Assembly (NCBI GenBank): GCA_903928015.1
Contig: CAIYPF010000034.1
Coordinates: forward strand, 13,613-77,612
DNA from: an uncultured Gammaproteobacteria bacterium
Lineage (GTDB): Bacteria; Pseudomonadota; Gammaproteobacteria; Pseudomonadales; UBA5518
DNA length: 64,000 nt
Direction: 5' to 3'
Shown here in pieces: positions 55,784 to 64,000 of the stretch; the first letter of the stretch is position 1; each line of letters opens with the position of its first letter. The notes below the pieces were generated by a model that was given only the letters and a program-made list of their open reading frames with translations, was not told the DNA's origin and searched no databases. The position numbers and the translations under genes were made by a program.

Positions 55784-57844
55784 ATGCCCCGCATTCCACG
55801 ACCCGAACGGGAGGCACTGCGCCTCGGGCTCGCCTGCACGCTGGCGGGCTGGGCGCTCGGTTGCGCGCTGCTCTGGCTGCCGCTCTGGCAGGTACTGGAG
55901 TCGAAGGTCTTCGACCTCCTCAGCATCTACACCGCTCCCTTCAGGACCGAGATGCCGATCACCATCGTCGGCATAGACGAGGCCTCCTCGACGCAACTGA
56001 ACCAGGGCTGGCCTTTCCCGCGGAGCCTGCATGCCCAACTCATAGAAAAACTGAACGCCGCGGGCGCCGCAGTCGTGGCCTTCGACGTGCAGTTCTCCGA
56101 ACCCTCGACGCCTGAAGAGGACCAGCGCCTCGCCGAGGCCATCGCCAACGCGGGCAATGTGGTGCTCGCTTCCAAGTACGAGTATCACGAGACCGCCGCC
56201 ACGCGGATCTTCATGCGCATGGACCCCATCCCGATCTTCACCGAGGCGGGCGCGAGCGTGGGCCTCACGGACATGGAACTGGCCGGTGACCAGGTGCCGC
56301 GGCACATGGCTCTGGGGGAAGACGCGTTCTGGCGCGTGGCGATCCGCAAGCTCGTGGAAGTGATGCCCGATGCCGGGCTCACGGAGCCCGGGGTGCCGGA
56401 TGGCGCGATGATCCGCTACCTCGGCCCGCGCAATACCTTTCCCGTCGTCTCGTACTATCAGGTGATCAACGAAGATCCTGATGTACAGGAGGCGCTCTCG
56501 GGCGCGGTGGTGCTGGTGGGCCGTGACGCCGGGGCCAGCGCCGACATCAACCTGGCGCAAGCGGATTCCTTTCCCACGCCCTTCACCCTCACCACGGGGA
56601 TGCTGTCATCGGGCGTGGAGATCCACGCCACGCAGATGGAAGACGCACTGCTGAACGCGATGCTCGAGCCGGCGGGCAGGATGCAGAACCTCATCGTCCT
56701 GAGCGTCGCCATGCTGCTTACGCTGCCCTGGCTGGTGTGGTGGCATCCGCTGCGCAGCAGCCTGCTGGTGTTCGCCTGCATCGGCGCAACCCTGGGCGCC
56801 GCCTTCCTGCTGTTCGGCCGGGGCATCTGCGACACGGGCAGCTTCGCGGGGCTTTTCAGCGAGGATTGCAGCGCGGATGGCGGCGCACTTCGCCACATAT
56901 GGATTGCCTGCGCAGCGCCCGTGACGGGCATGGCCGCTGCCTGCCTGGGTACGGGCACCGGCTCCTTTCTCACGGAGCGACGCCGCGCTGGCCGCATACG
57001 TAACGCCTTCGCGATGTATGTCTCGGGCGACGTGGTGCAAGAGATGATCGCGCACCCCGAGAAATTGCGTCTCGGTGGCGAAAGACGCGAAATCAGCGTG
57101 CTGTTCACCGACCTCGCGGGGTTCACCAGCCTGTCGGAGAAACTCGAACCCGACGCCGTCGCGCTGGTGGTGAACACCTACCTGAACGCCATGACGCAGG
57201 TGATCATGCGCAATGGCGGAACAGTGGACAAATTCATCGGCGACGCCGTGATGGCTTTCTGGGGCGCGCCGCTCGACGACGCAGAGCACGCGCGGCACGC
57301 CCTGCAGTCGGCGCTGGAAATGCAGCAGGCCATGAGCGACTTGCAGCCACGCTTCGCGGAGCTGGGCGCGGAGGGGCTCGCGCTGCGCATCGGGATCAAT
57401 GCGGGCCCCGCCATCGTGGGCAACATGGGCTCGGACCTGCGGTTCGACTACACCGCGCTCGGCGACACCGTGAATCTCGCCTCCCGTCTGGAAGGTGCCA
57501 ACAAGGCCTATGACACTCCGATACTCGTGGCCGAGACAATCGCGCAGCAGGCGCGCCCTGCCTTCCCGATGCGGCAGGTCGACCGGATACGCGTGAAAGG
57601 GAAAGCTCAGGCCGTGAACGTTTTCACGCCGTGCAGCGACGCCTCTCTCGTGACGCTCACGGAACAGGCCTGGCAGGCTTATCTCGGGAGGGACTGGGCG
57701 AAGGCGAGAGCCGCGCTGCAGGAACTGCGCGGTATCGCGCCGGAAGACCGGATGGCGCTGATGATGGAAGAGCGCATCGGCGACTGCGAAAGGCAGGAGC
57801 CCGCGCCGGATTGGGACGGCTCCGTGGGCCTCGACAAGCTCTAG
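55784..57844 (+). CDS. CHASE2-domain class III adenylate cyclase
   Basis: IVGIDE..WPFPR, FDVQF, GVEIHA (CHASE2); TM helices; FTDLAGFT, DKFIGDAVM, YTALGDTVNLASRLE; helical C-tail; GTG 55772 is an alternative start. Confidence 0.92.
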   Translation: MPRIPRPEREALRLGLACTLAGWALGCALLWLPLWQVLESKVFDLLSIYTAPFRTEMPITIVGIDEASSTQLNQGWPFPRSLHAQLIEKLNAAGAAVVAFDVQFSEPSTPEEDQRLAEAIANAGNVVLASKYEYHETAATRIFMRMDPIPIFTEAGASVGLTDMELAGDQVPRHMALGEDAFWRVAIRKLVEVMPDAGLTEPGVPDGAMIRYLGPRNTFPVVSYYQVINEDPDVQEALSGAVVLVGRDAGASADINLAQADSFPTPFTLTTGMLSSGVEIHATQMEDALLNAMLEPAGRMQNLIVLSVAMLLTLPWLVWWHPLRSSLLVFACIGATLGAAFLLFGRGICDTGSFAGLFSEDCSADGGALRHIWIACAAPVTGMAAACLGTGTGSFLTERRRAGRIRNAFAMYVSGDVVQEMIAHPEKLRLGGERREISVLFTDLAGFTSLSEKLEPDAVALVVNTYLNAMTQVIMRNGGTVDKFIGDAVMAFWGAPLDDAEHARHALQSALEMQQAMSDLQPRFAELGAEGLALRIGINAGPAIVGNMGSDLRFDYTALGDTVNLASRLEGANKAYDTPILVAETIAQQARPAFPMRQVDRIRVKGKAQAVNVFTPCSDASLVTLTEQAWQAYLGRDWAKARAALQELRGIAPEDRMALMMEERIGDCERQEPAPDWDGSVGLDKL

Positions 57845-59073
57845 ACGCTCCCGGGCAAGAGCTCGCGCAGCATCCCGAGGTACGCCGGCAGGCTGTGCTC
57901 CCGGAACGAGAACCTGCCTTCGATCATCTCCCGCGCGGCGCGCACCACCGGCGTGACATCGGCCTCGAGGATGCGCACGGCCTGCTCCACCAGTTGCCCG
58001 CGATCGAAGAAATCGAAGAGGTAGCCGTTCTCGCCGTCCTGGATCATCTCCTGCACGGGCGGCGTGGAAGAACCCAGCACCGGCGCACCGCAGGCCATCG
58101 CCTCCAGCATCGACCACGACAGCACGAAGGGATAACTGAAGTAGATGTGGAGCCTGCTCAGCTGCAGCAGCTTCAGGTAATCGCCATAGGGAATGCGCCC
58201 CACGAAATGCGTGCGGCTCATGTCGAGCTGCGCGCCCACCTCGGCGAGCAGCATCTCGCGGTAGCAGGCGTGGGGTTTGGGCGGCGCCGCGCCGTAGCTC
58301 ACGCCGTCGGCACCGACCAGCACGAACTGCGCGCCGGGCAAGCGGCGCTGCAATTCGGGCAGTGCGCGCATGAAGACGTGGAAGCCGCGATAGGGCTCGA
58401 GCTGGCGGCTGACGAAGGTCACGACCTGCTGCTCGCGGGAGAGCACCCGGCCATCGGGCAGCCGGAAGCGCGCAGCAGGATCCGGCGCGACCGTTTGCAG
58501 GTCGAGGCCCTCGTGGATCACGCGGATGCGGGGCTTTTCGCGCTCGGGATAGGTGGATCTCTGCCAGGCGATGGGGCTGATGCCGGCGTCCGCCTCGGAA
58601 AGTGCGTGCAACTGCGTGCTGTTGCGGATGCGGAGCTTGAAGGTGGTGTCGATGGTGGAGGGAAACTCCGGATCGAAGCCTACGTCCGCGCCCACGGCGC
58701 GATAGAAAAACTCGAAGTAGGACACGATGCGCGCGTCGGGGAAGACGTCACGCAGGAAGAGCATCTCGCCCCATGCCGGGTGACCTATCACCACATCAGG
58801 CACGAAGCCCTTGCTGCGCAGATCGATGAAGACGCGCGTGGCGTCCTGGCCGCGCCTCACCGCGCCCTCGAAGGATCGCAGGTAATGGTGCGTGCCTTCG
58901 CCCGCGGCCCCGCGTCCCTTGTAGGCAATCACGGGGAAGCCGAAGCCGGCCGTGCGCGCGCCAAGGTTGGCGGCATCGCCCATCCCGACCACCTCGTGTC
59001 CCTGGGCTACCAGCCAGGGCGCGAGGTGCTTGAACTGCCCGGGGAAATTCTGGTGCACGAAGAGCACGCGCAT
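57841..59073 (-). CDS. GT4 glycosyltransferase, ExpC-like subfamily
   Basis: MRVLFVHQNFPGQF, HPAWGE, LEPYRG, YPFVLSWSMLEAM. Confidence 0.88.
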   Translation of the reverse strand: MRVLFVHQNFPGQFKHLAPWLVAQGHEVVGMGDAANLGARTAGFGFPVIAYKGRGAAGEGTHHYLRSFEGAVRRGQDATRVFIDLRSKGFVPDVVIGHPAWGEMLFLRDVFPDARIVSYFEFFYRAVGADVGFDPEFPSTIDTTFKLRIRNSTQLHALSEADAGISPIAWQRSTYPEREKPRIRVIHEGLDLQTVAPDPAARFRLPDGRVLSREQQVVTFVSRQLEPYRGFHVFMRALPELQRRLPGAQFVLVGADGVSYGAAPPKPHACYREMLLAEVGAQLDMSRTHFVGRIPYGDYLKLLQLSRLHIYFSYPFVLSWSMLEAMACGAPVLGSSTPPVQEMIQDGENGYLFDFFDRGQLVEQAVRILEADVTPVVRAAREMIEGRFSFREHSLPAYLGMLRELLPGSV

Positions 59074-59257
59074 GCGCTGGGAAAACCTCGTCGGGTACGG
59101 ATGTTCCGAAGGCCGGACCGGAAAGGCCTTCCGCGCCGGAGTATACATCCCGGGAGCAGCGCAGCAGGCAGGGGTGACAGGAGGCCTCCGTTGGCCCGAG
59201 AATCCGGCCCGAGCGTATGCATCGGCCACCGGTCCGCGAAGCTCGGAGATCCCTCAC

Positions 59258-60004
59258 GTGCAGACCCACGCCTACAGCCGCCCCTGGCGCAGCCCTTTCC
59301 ACCCCGCGAACCGCATGCGTCCGCTGGTGGCTCTGCGCGCCGTACGGGCGCTGCTGGAGGACCCGCAGTCAACGGGCGAGGTCTTCAAGGTGATCGAGGC
59401 CCTCAAGGGCGGCAGCCTGCGCCAGGCGGTGATGCGGATGGCCTCATCCGAGGCTGGCCGATCGCTGCTCCACGCCAAGCCCTCGATAATCGCGAGTCTC
59501 TCGGATCGCACCTCGCTGGCCGCCATGCCCGAGGGAAGCCTCGGCCGCGCCTATCTCGACTTCGTCCTCGCCGGCAACCTGAGCGCCGACGGCCTGGTGC
59601 AGGCAAGTGAAGAGGCGCCACGCGACGCCGCCACCAGCTACCTCGATCCCGAGGAACTCTGGCTCGCCGACCGCCTGAGGGATTTCCACGACATCCAGCA
59701 CGTTCTCACCGGCTACGGCCGCGACGAGCTCGGCGAGCTCTGCCTGCTCTCCTTCATGACCACCCAGACCTACAACCGCGGCATCTCCTTCATCGTGTTC
59801 ATGGGGCGGCGCGAATACCGCCGCGGCATGCCGCAGATCGACGTGGATGCGCTGGTGAACGAAGGGCGCGACATCGCGCGAGCCGCAGCCTGGCTGCCGG
59901 AAGTCCGGTGGGAAGAACGACTGGGCGAACCGCTCGCCGCACTGCGCGAGGAACTCGGACTGCGTCCGCCCCTGCGTTATCTTGCTGCCTCTGGCGCCGC
60001 CTGA
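59258..60004 (+). CDS. Coq4-family protein
   Basis: PEGSLGRAY, and HDxxH-x11-E as HDIQHVLTGYGRDELGE; GTG 59258 with GGAG upstream, or ATG 59315. Confidence 0.82.
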   Translation: MQTHAYSRPWRSPFHPANRMRPLVALRAVRALLEDPQSTGEVFKVIEALKGGSLRQAVMRMASSEAGRSLLHAKPSIIASLSDRTSLAAMPEGSLGRAYLDFVLAGNLSADGLVQASEEAPRDAATSYLDPEELWLADRLRDFHDIQHVLTGYGRDELGELCLLSFMTTQTYNRGISFIVFMGRREYRRGMPQIDVDALVNEGRDIARAAAWLPEVRWEERLGEPLAALREELGLRPPLRYLAASGAA

Positions 60005-60040
60005 ACCCGACACCCGACACACCATGCCGGAGACATACCC

Positions 60041-61054
60041 ATGCGCGCATTGTTCTGTGTCGTAGCGCTCTTCCTGATGCAGGCCACGGCCTTCGCCGAC
60101 ACACCCATCCGGCTCGTGATCCACGGCGGAGCGGGCACCATCGATCGCAGCAAGATCACGCCCGAACTCGAGCAGCAATACAACGCCGCGCTCGCTCAGG
60201 CGCTGCGCGCGGGTCACGCCGTGCTGCTGCGTGGCGGCCCGCCCGTAGACGCAGTGGTAGCGGCCATCACCGTGATGGAGGACTCGCCGCTCTTCAACGC
60301 GGGCAAGGGAGCGGTCTTCACGCACGAGGGCCGCAACGAACTCGATTCCTCGATCATGGACGGCAGCAACCGCGCGGCCGGGGCGGTGGCAGCCGTCACC
60401 ACCATCCGCAATCCCATTCTCGCAGCTCGCGCCGTGATGCAGCGCTCGCCCCACGTGATGCTGATGGGTGCCGGCGCCGAGGCCTTCGCCAAAGAAGCCG
60501 GGCTGGAGCTGGTGGACCCGTCCTACTTCCGCACCGAGATGCGCTGGAAGCAACTCCAGAATGCGATCAAGGAACAGAAAATCCTGCTCGACCACGACGG
60601 CCCGGCGCAGCCCAAAGACGAAAAACGCGGCACGGTGGGCGCAGTGGCGCTGGACGCCAAAGGCAACCTGGCGGCAGGCACATCGACCGGCGGCATGACC
60701 AACAAGCGCTGGGGCCGTGTGGGTGATTCGCCGATCATCGGGGCCGGCACCTGGGCCGACAACCGCTCGGTTGCTGTCTCGGCCACCGGGACCGGCGAGA
60801 TGTTCATCCGCAGCGCGGCCGCACACCAGGTGGCTGCGCGCGTCATGTACGCCGGCGAGACACCGGCCGCAGCTGCCACGCACACGCTGGAAGAGATCGC
60901 CGCCATCGCGGGTGACGGCGGGATGATCGTGATGGATGCCAAGGGCAACTACGCGATGAAGTTCAATACCGAAGGCATGTACCGCGGCACCATCGGCGCC
61001 GATGGCAAGCCCTGGGTGGGCATCTACGGCGAGCCCGAAAAACCCGTCCCCTGA
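60041..61054 (+). CDS. iaaA: Isoaspartyl peptidase / plant-type L-asparaginase (Ntn hydrolase) with signal peptide
   Basis: IHGGAG, FNAGKG, G|TVGAV nucleophile Thr, TSTGG, GRVGDSP, ATGTGE; N-terminal MR-hydrophobic-AFA. Confidence 0.9.
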   Translation: MRALFCVVALFLMQATAFADTPIRLVIHGGAGTIDRSKITPELEQQYNAALAQALRAGHAVLLRGGPPVDAVVAAITVMEDSPLFNAGKGAVFTHEGRNELDSSIMDGSNRAAGAVAAVTTIRNPILAARAVMQRSPHVMLMGAGAEAFAKEAGLELVDPSYFRTEMRWKQLQNAIKEQKILLDHDGPAQPKDEKRGTVGAVALDAKGNLAAGTSTGGMTNKRWGRVGDSPIIGAGTWADNRSVAVSATGTGEMFIRSAAAHQVAARVMYAGETPAAAATHTLEEIAAIAGDGGMIVMDAKGNYAMKFNTEGMYRGTIGADGKPWVGIYGEPEKPVP

Positions 61055-61060
61055 CTGGGC

Positions 61061-62548
61061 TCAGCCGCCGCTCATGGCGGCTGCGCGCATCATTGCCCGG
61101 GCCTTGCTGAGGGTTTCTTCCCACTCGAGTTCGGGCACCGAATCCGCCACCACTCCCGCACCGGCCTGCACGTGCAGCAGGCCGTCCTTGATGACCGCGG
61201 TGCGGATGGCGATGGCAGTGTCCATCTCGCCCTGCCACGACACATAACCCACCGCGCCGCCATAGATCCCGCGCCGCGAAGGCTCGATGGAATCGATGAT
61301 TTCCATCGCCCGGATCTTGGGCGCCCCGGAGAGCGTGCCCGCCGGCAGCGTGGCGCGCAGCACGTCCATGGGTCCGAGACCCGCCCGCAACTGCCCCGTC
61401 ACGTTCGAGACGATATGCATCACGTGCGAGTAGCGCTCCACGATCATCTTCTCGGTGACGCGCACGCTGCCCGTCTCGGCAACACGGCCCACGTCGTTCC
61501 GGCCGAGATCGATCAGCATCAGGTGCTCAGCGATCTCCTTCGGGTCGGCGAGCAGTTCCGCCTCGAGCGCGGCGTCTTCCTCCGGCGTGGCGCCGCGCCG
61601 GCGGGTACCGGCGATGGGCCGCACGGTCACCTCGCCGCCGGCAAGCCGCACGAGGATCTCGGGAGAAGAGCCCACGATCTGGAACTCGCCCAGATCAAGG
61701 AAGAAAAGATAAGGCGAGGGGTTGAGGTGCCGGAGCGCGCGGTAGAGATCGACAGGATCTCCGGCGAAGGGCGCGCTCAGGCGCTGCGAGGGCACCACCT
61801 GCATCACGTCGCCGGCGAGGATGTACTCGCGGATGCCACGCACAGCATCGAGGAAGCGCTCGCGCCCGAATTCGGACACGAAGGACGCCTCCACGGCGCG
61901 GGCACGCGGACTGTCAGAGGCGGCAGCGGCCAGATCGATGCTGCCCTGGCGCGGCGCGGGCTCTTCGAGTCGTCGCTGCATGACATCGAGGCGCGCCATG
62001 CCTGCGGCCTCGGCGCCAGCCTCGCGGGGATCGACCATGCACACCAGCAGGATCGCGCCGGCGAGATTGTCGAAGATCAGGAATTCCTCGCAGGCCAGCA
62101 GCAGGATGTCGGGCGTTCCCAGCCGGTCAGGCGGCGCGCCTGCAGCGAGCCGGCGCTCGACGTATCGCGCGCAGTCGTAGCCGAAGAAACCCACCAGTCC
62201 GCCGGCGAACATGCCGAGCGACGGGTGCGTGTAGACCCGTTCGCGGTGCACGTAGTCATCGACGAAGGCGAGAGGGTCGATGCCCTCGTGACGCTCTGTC
62301 TCTTCGCCCGCGAGCAGCACGCGCACCGTGTGGCCGCGGGCCTCGATGCGGCGCGCACAGGGCAGGCCGATGATCGAGTAACGGCCCCATTTCTCGCCGC
62401 CCTGCACTGATTCGAGCAGGAAGCTGCCTGCTCCGGCAAATCGCAGATAGGCGCCGAGCGGGGTGTCGAGGTCGGCGAGCAAGCGGCGCACCAGAGGCAC
62501 CCGCGTGTAGCCCTCTGCGGCCAGTGTCGCGAGAGTTGGCGTCGTCAC
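61061..62548 (-). CDS. trpE: Anthranilate synthase component I
   Basis: [48 protein letters not shown]. Confidence 0.97.
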   Translation of the reverse strand: MTTPTLATLAAEGYTRVPLVRRLLADLDTPLGAYLRFAGAGSFLLESVQGGEKWGRYSIIGLPCARRIEARGHTVRVLLAGEETERHEGIDPLAFVDDYVHRERVYTHPSLGMFAGGLVGFFGYDCARYVERRLAAGAPPDRLGTPDILLLACEEFLIFDNLAGAILLVCMVDPREAGAEAAGMARLDVMQRRLEEPAPRQGSIDLAAAASDSPRARAVEASFVSEFGRERFLDAVRGIREYILAGDVMQVVPSQRLSAPFAGDPVDLYRALRHLNPSPYLFFLDLGEFQIVGSSPEILVRLAGGEVTVRPIAGTRRRGATPEEDAALEAELLADPKEIAEHLMLIDLGRNDVGRVAETGSVRVTEKMIVERYSHVMHIVSNVTGQLRAGLGPMDVLRATLPAGTLSGAPKIRAMEIIDSIEPSRRGIYGGAVGYVSWQGEMDTAIAIRTAVIKDGLLHVQAGAGVVADSVPELEWEETLSKARAMMRAAAMSGG

Positions 62549-62585
62549 GCGGCGACGTCCCTGCGCTCGAAGGGCGGGCGGGATC

Positions 62586-63266
62586 TCACGGGGATTTCAC
62601 GGCTATCGCGAGCTGCTCGCGCATGGCCGATATCACCTCGGCGTAATCAGGCGCGCCGTAGATCGCCGAACCTGCCACGAACGTGTCGGCGCCGGCTTCT
62701 GCAATCGCGCGGATGTTGCCCGTGCCCACGCCGCCGTCGATCTCGAGGCGGATGGGCAGGCCGCTCTCGTCGATCATCCTCCGCGCCTCGCGGAGCTTCG
62801 GCAATGTCGAGGGAATGAACTTCTGCCCGCCGAAACCCGGGTTCACCGACATCAGCAGCATGAAGTCGAGCTTGTCCATCACATAGCGCGCCGCCTCGAG
62901 GCTGGTGGCGGGATTGAAGACCAGCCCCGCCTTGCAGCCGCGCTCACGGATAAGCGAGAGCGTGCGGTCCACGTGGGTGCTCGCCTCGGGGTGGAAGCTG
63001 ATCCAGCTGGCTCCCGCGTCGGCGAAAGCGATCGCGAGTTCATCGACCGGAGTGACCATGAGGTGGACGTCGATGGGCGCGGTGACGCCGTGATGGCGCA
63101 GCGCGCGGCAGACCATCGGCCCGATGGTGAGATTGGGTACGTAGTGGTTGTCCATGACGTCGAAGTGGATCACGTCGGCGCCGGCGCGCAGCACGGCGTT
63201 CACCTCGTCACCGAGCCGTGCGAAGTCGGCGGAGAGGATCGAAGGCGCGATCAGATAACCGGACAT
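62586..63266 (-). CDS. rpe: Ribulose-phosphate 3-epimerase
   Basis: [34 protein letters not shown]. Confidence 0.98.
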   Translation of the reverse strand: MSGYLIAPSILSADFARLGDEVNAVLRAGADVIHFDVMDNHYVPNLTIGPMVCRALRHHGVTAPIDVHLMVTPVDELAIAFADAGASWISFHPEASTHVDRTLSLIRERGCKAGLVFNPATSLEAARYVMDKLDFMLLMSVNPGFGGQKFIPSTLPKLREARRMIDESGLPIRLEIDGGVGTGNIRAIAEAGADTFVAGSAIYGAPDYAEVISAMREQLAIAVKSP

Positions 63267-63354
63267 GGGGCGATCCTGTGAGTCATTCGGGACAGCCGCG
63301 ATTGTAGTGGCTGCGACGAGTCTGGCGCGACCGCACCGCGGCTATACTCCCGGC

Positions 63355-64000
63355 ATGATCGCAAGCAAGTCACACCTGACAGGGCTACGGGGCCGCGCAA
63401 CTGCGGCCCTGCTGGCATTGTGTTTTTCCGCCATGATGCAGGCAGCGGACCCTCCGGCCGCACCGCCCCCCGCGGAGCCCGGCGCAGCGCCTGCGCCCGA
63501 GGCCCCCGCCGACACCGCGCCGGCAACCATCCCTTCGGATCTCGATCGCCTTGCCGAGGCGCTGCCTGCAGAACACCGCATGCTGCAGGCCGATGGCGCG
63601 GATTTCGATGTCTTCGTCAACGCCATCACGGGCGGCCCTCCAAAGGGCGCACTGGTGCTGATCCCCGGTGACGGTGGCCTGCCGCCCACCTCCGACGGTC
63701 TCACTGCGCTGCGCAGGGATTTGCCCGCGCATGGCTGGTCCACCTGGCTGATAAGCCTGCTGCGGCCGCCGCGTGTGCAGTCGGTCAGCGATACGCCTGA
63801 CGCCGCAGCACCCGCCGCAACCACCCAAAGTCCCGACGCCGGCAGCACCGCGCCGGCCGAGCCCGCAGAAGCCAAACCCGCCGCACAGCAGGAAGCGGAT
63901 TTCCCCGAGCCCGCAGCCGCACCCGGGCTCGATGCCCGCATCACGGCGCAGATGCAGGACTGGATCACCGCCAACCAGCCGCGCATCGCTGCTGCCGTCG
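63355..64000 (+). CDS. Exported DUF3530-like (alpha/beta-hydrolase-like) protein, partial
   Basis: Manual translation from ATG 63355: signal-like N-terminus, Pro/Ala linker, KGALVLIPG, LRRDLPAHGWSTWLISL; runs off the window. Confidence 0.65.
   Translation, partial: MIASKSHLTGLRGRATAALLALCFSAMMQAADPPAAPPPAEPGAAPAPEAPADTAPATIPSDLDRLAEALPAEHRMLQADGADFDVFVNAITGGPPKGALVLIPGDGGLPPTSDGLTALRRDLPAHGWSTWLISLLRPPRVQSVSDTPDAAAPAATTQSPDAGSTAPAEPAEAKPAAQQEADFPEPAAAPGLDARITAQMQDWITANQPRIAAAV

Noticed and set aside
57631-59610. 659-aa + strand ORF
   Set aside because: Antisense shadow of the glycosyltransferase with no domain features.
60006-60020. CCCGACA x2 between the Coq4-like gene and iaaA
   Set aside because: Only two copies; too short to support a function.
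52672-61060. Prophage, tailocin or other mobile element at the trpE-trpG site
   Set aside because: No phage structural, integrase or transposase genes and no att-like repeats were seen.

Overview
This 64-kb window is from a high-GC gammaproteobacterial chromosome. Its gene order is Pseudomonadales/Cellvibrionales-like, which is inferred from synteny only. Most of it is housekeeping backbone: the 5' part of the dcw cluster (mraZ to ftsW), rnpB, rsmI, lpoA-yraN-diaA/gmhA-like, sspAB, petA plus a fused petB-petC, rplM-rpsI, zapE/zapG, degS, bolA-murA-hisGDC, kdsD-kdsC-lptA-lptB-rpoN-hpf-rapZ-npr-darP, nit-yhdP-rng-maf-mreDCB, gatCAB, rhlB, trpGDC, trpE and rpe. I saw no CRISPR array, rRNA, tRNA, transposase or integrase. 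The main points of interest are: (1) an 8.4-kb accessory block between trpG and trpE, with a PrtD/HlyD type I secretion pair that has no cargo or TolC here and runs directly into a CHASE2 adenylate cyclase, followed by an ExpC-like GT4 glycosyltransferase, a Coq4-like protein and an exported isoaspartyl peptidase; (2) an orphan 960-aa REC-4xPAS-kinase-like protein whose phosphorelay motifs all look degenerate; (3) a cytochrome b-c1 fusion with an internal signal peptide and a PTWY Qo motif; (4) a probable ATC start codon for mreC; (5) clean absence of genes normally found at these positions (lptC, mlaFEDCB, ptsN, tldD/pmbA, dolP, gph). All family assignments come from motif recognition by eye. 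No searches were run, and missing genes may lie elsewhere in the genome.
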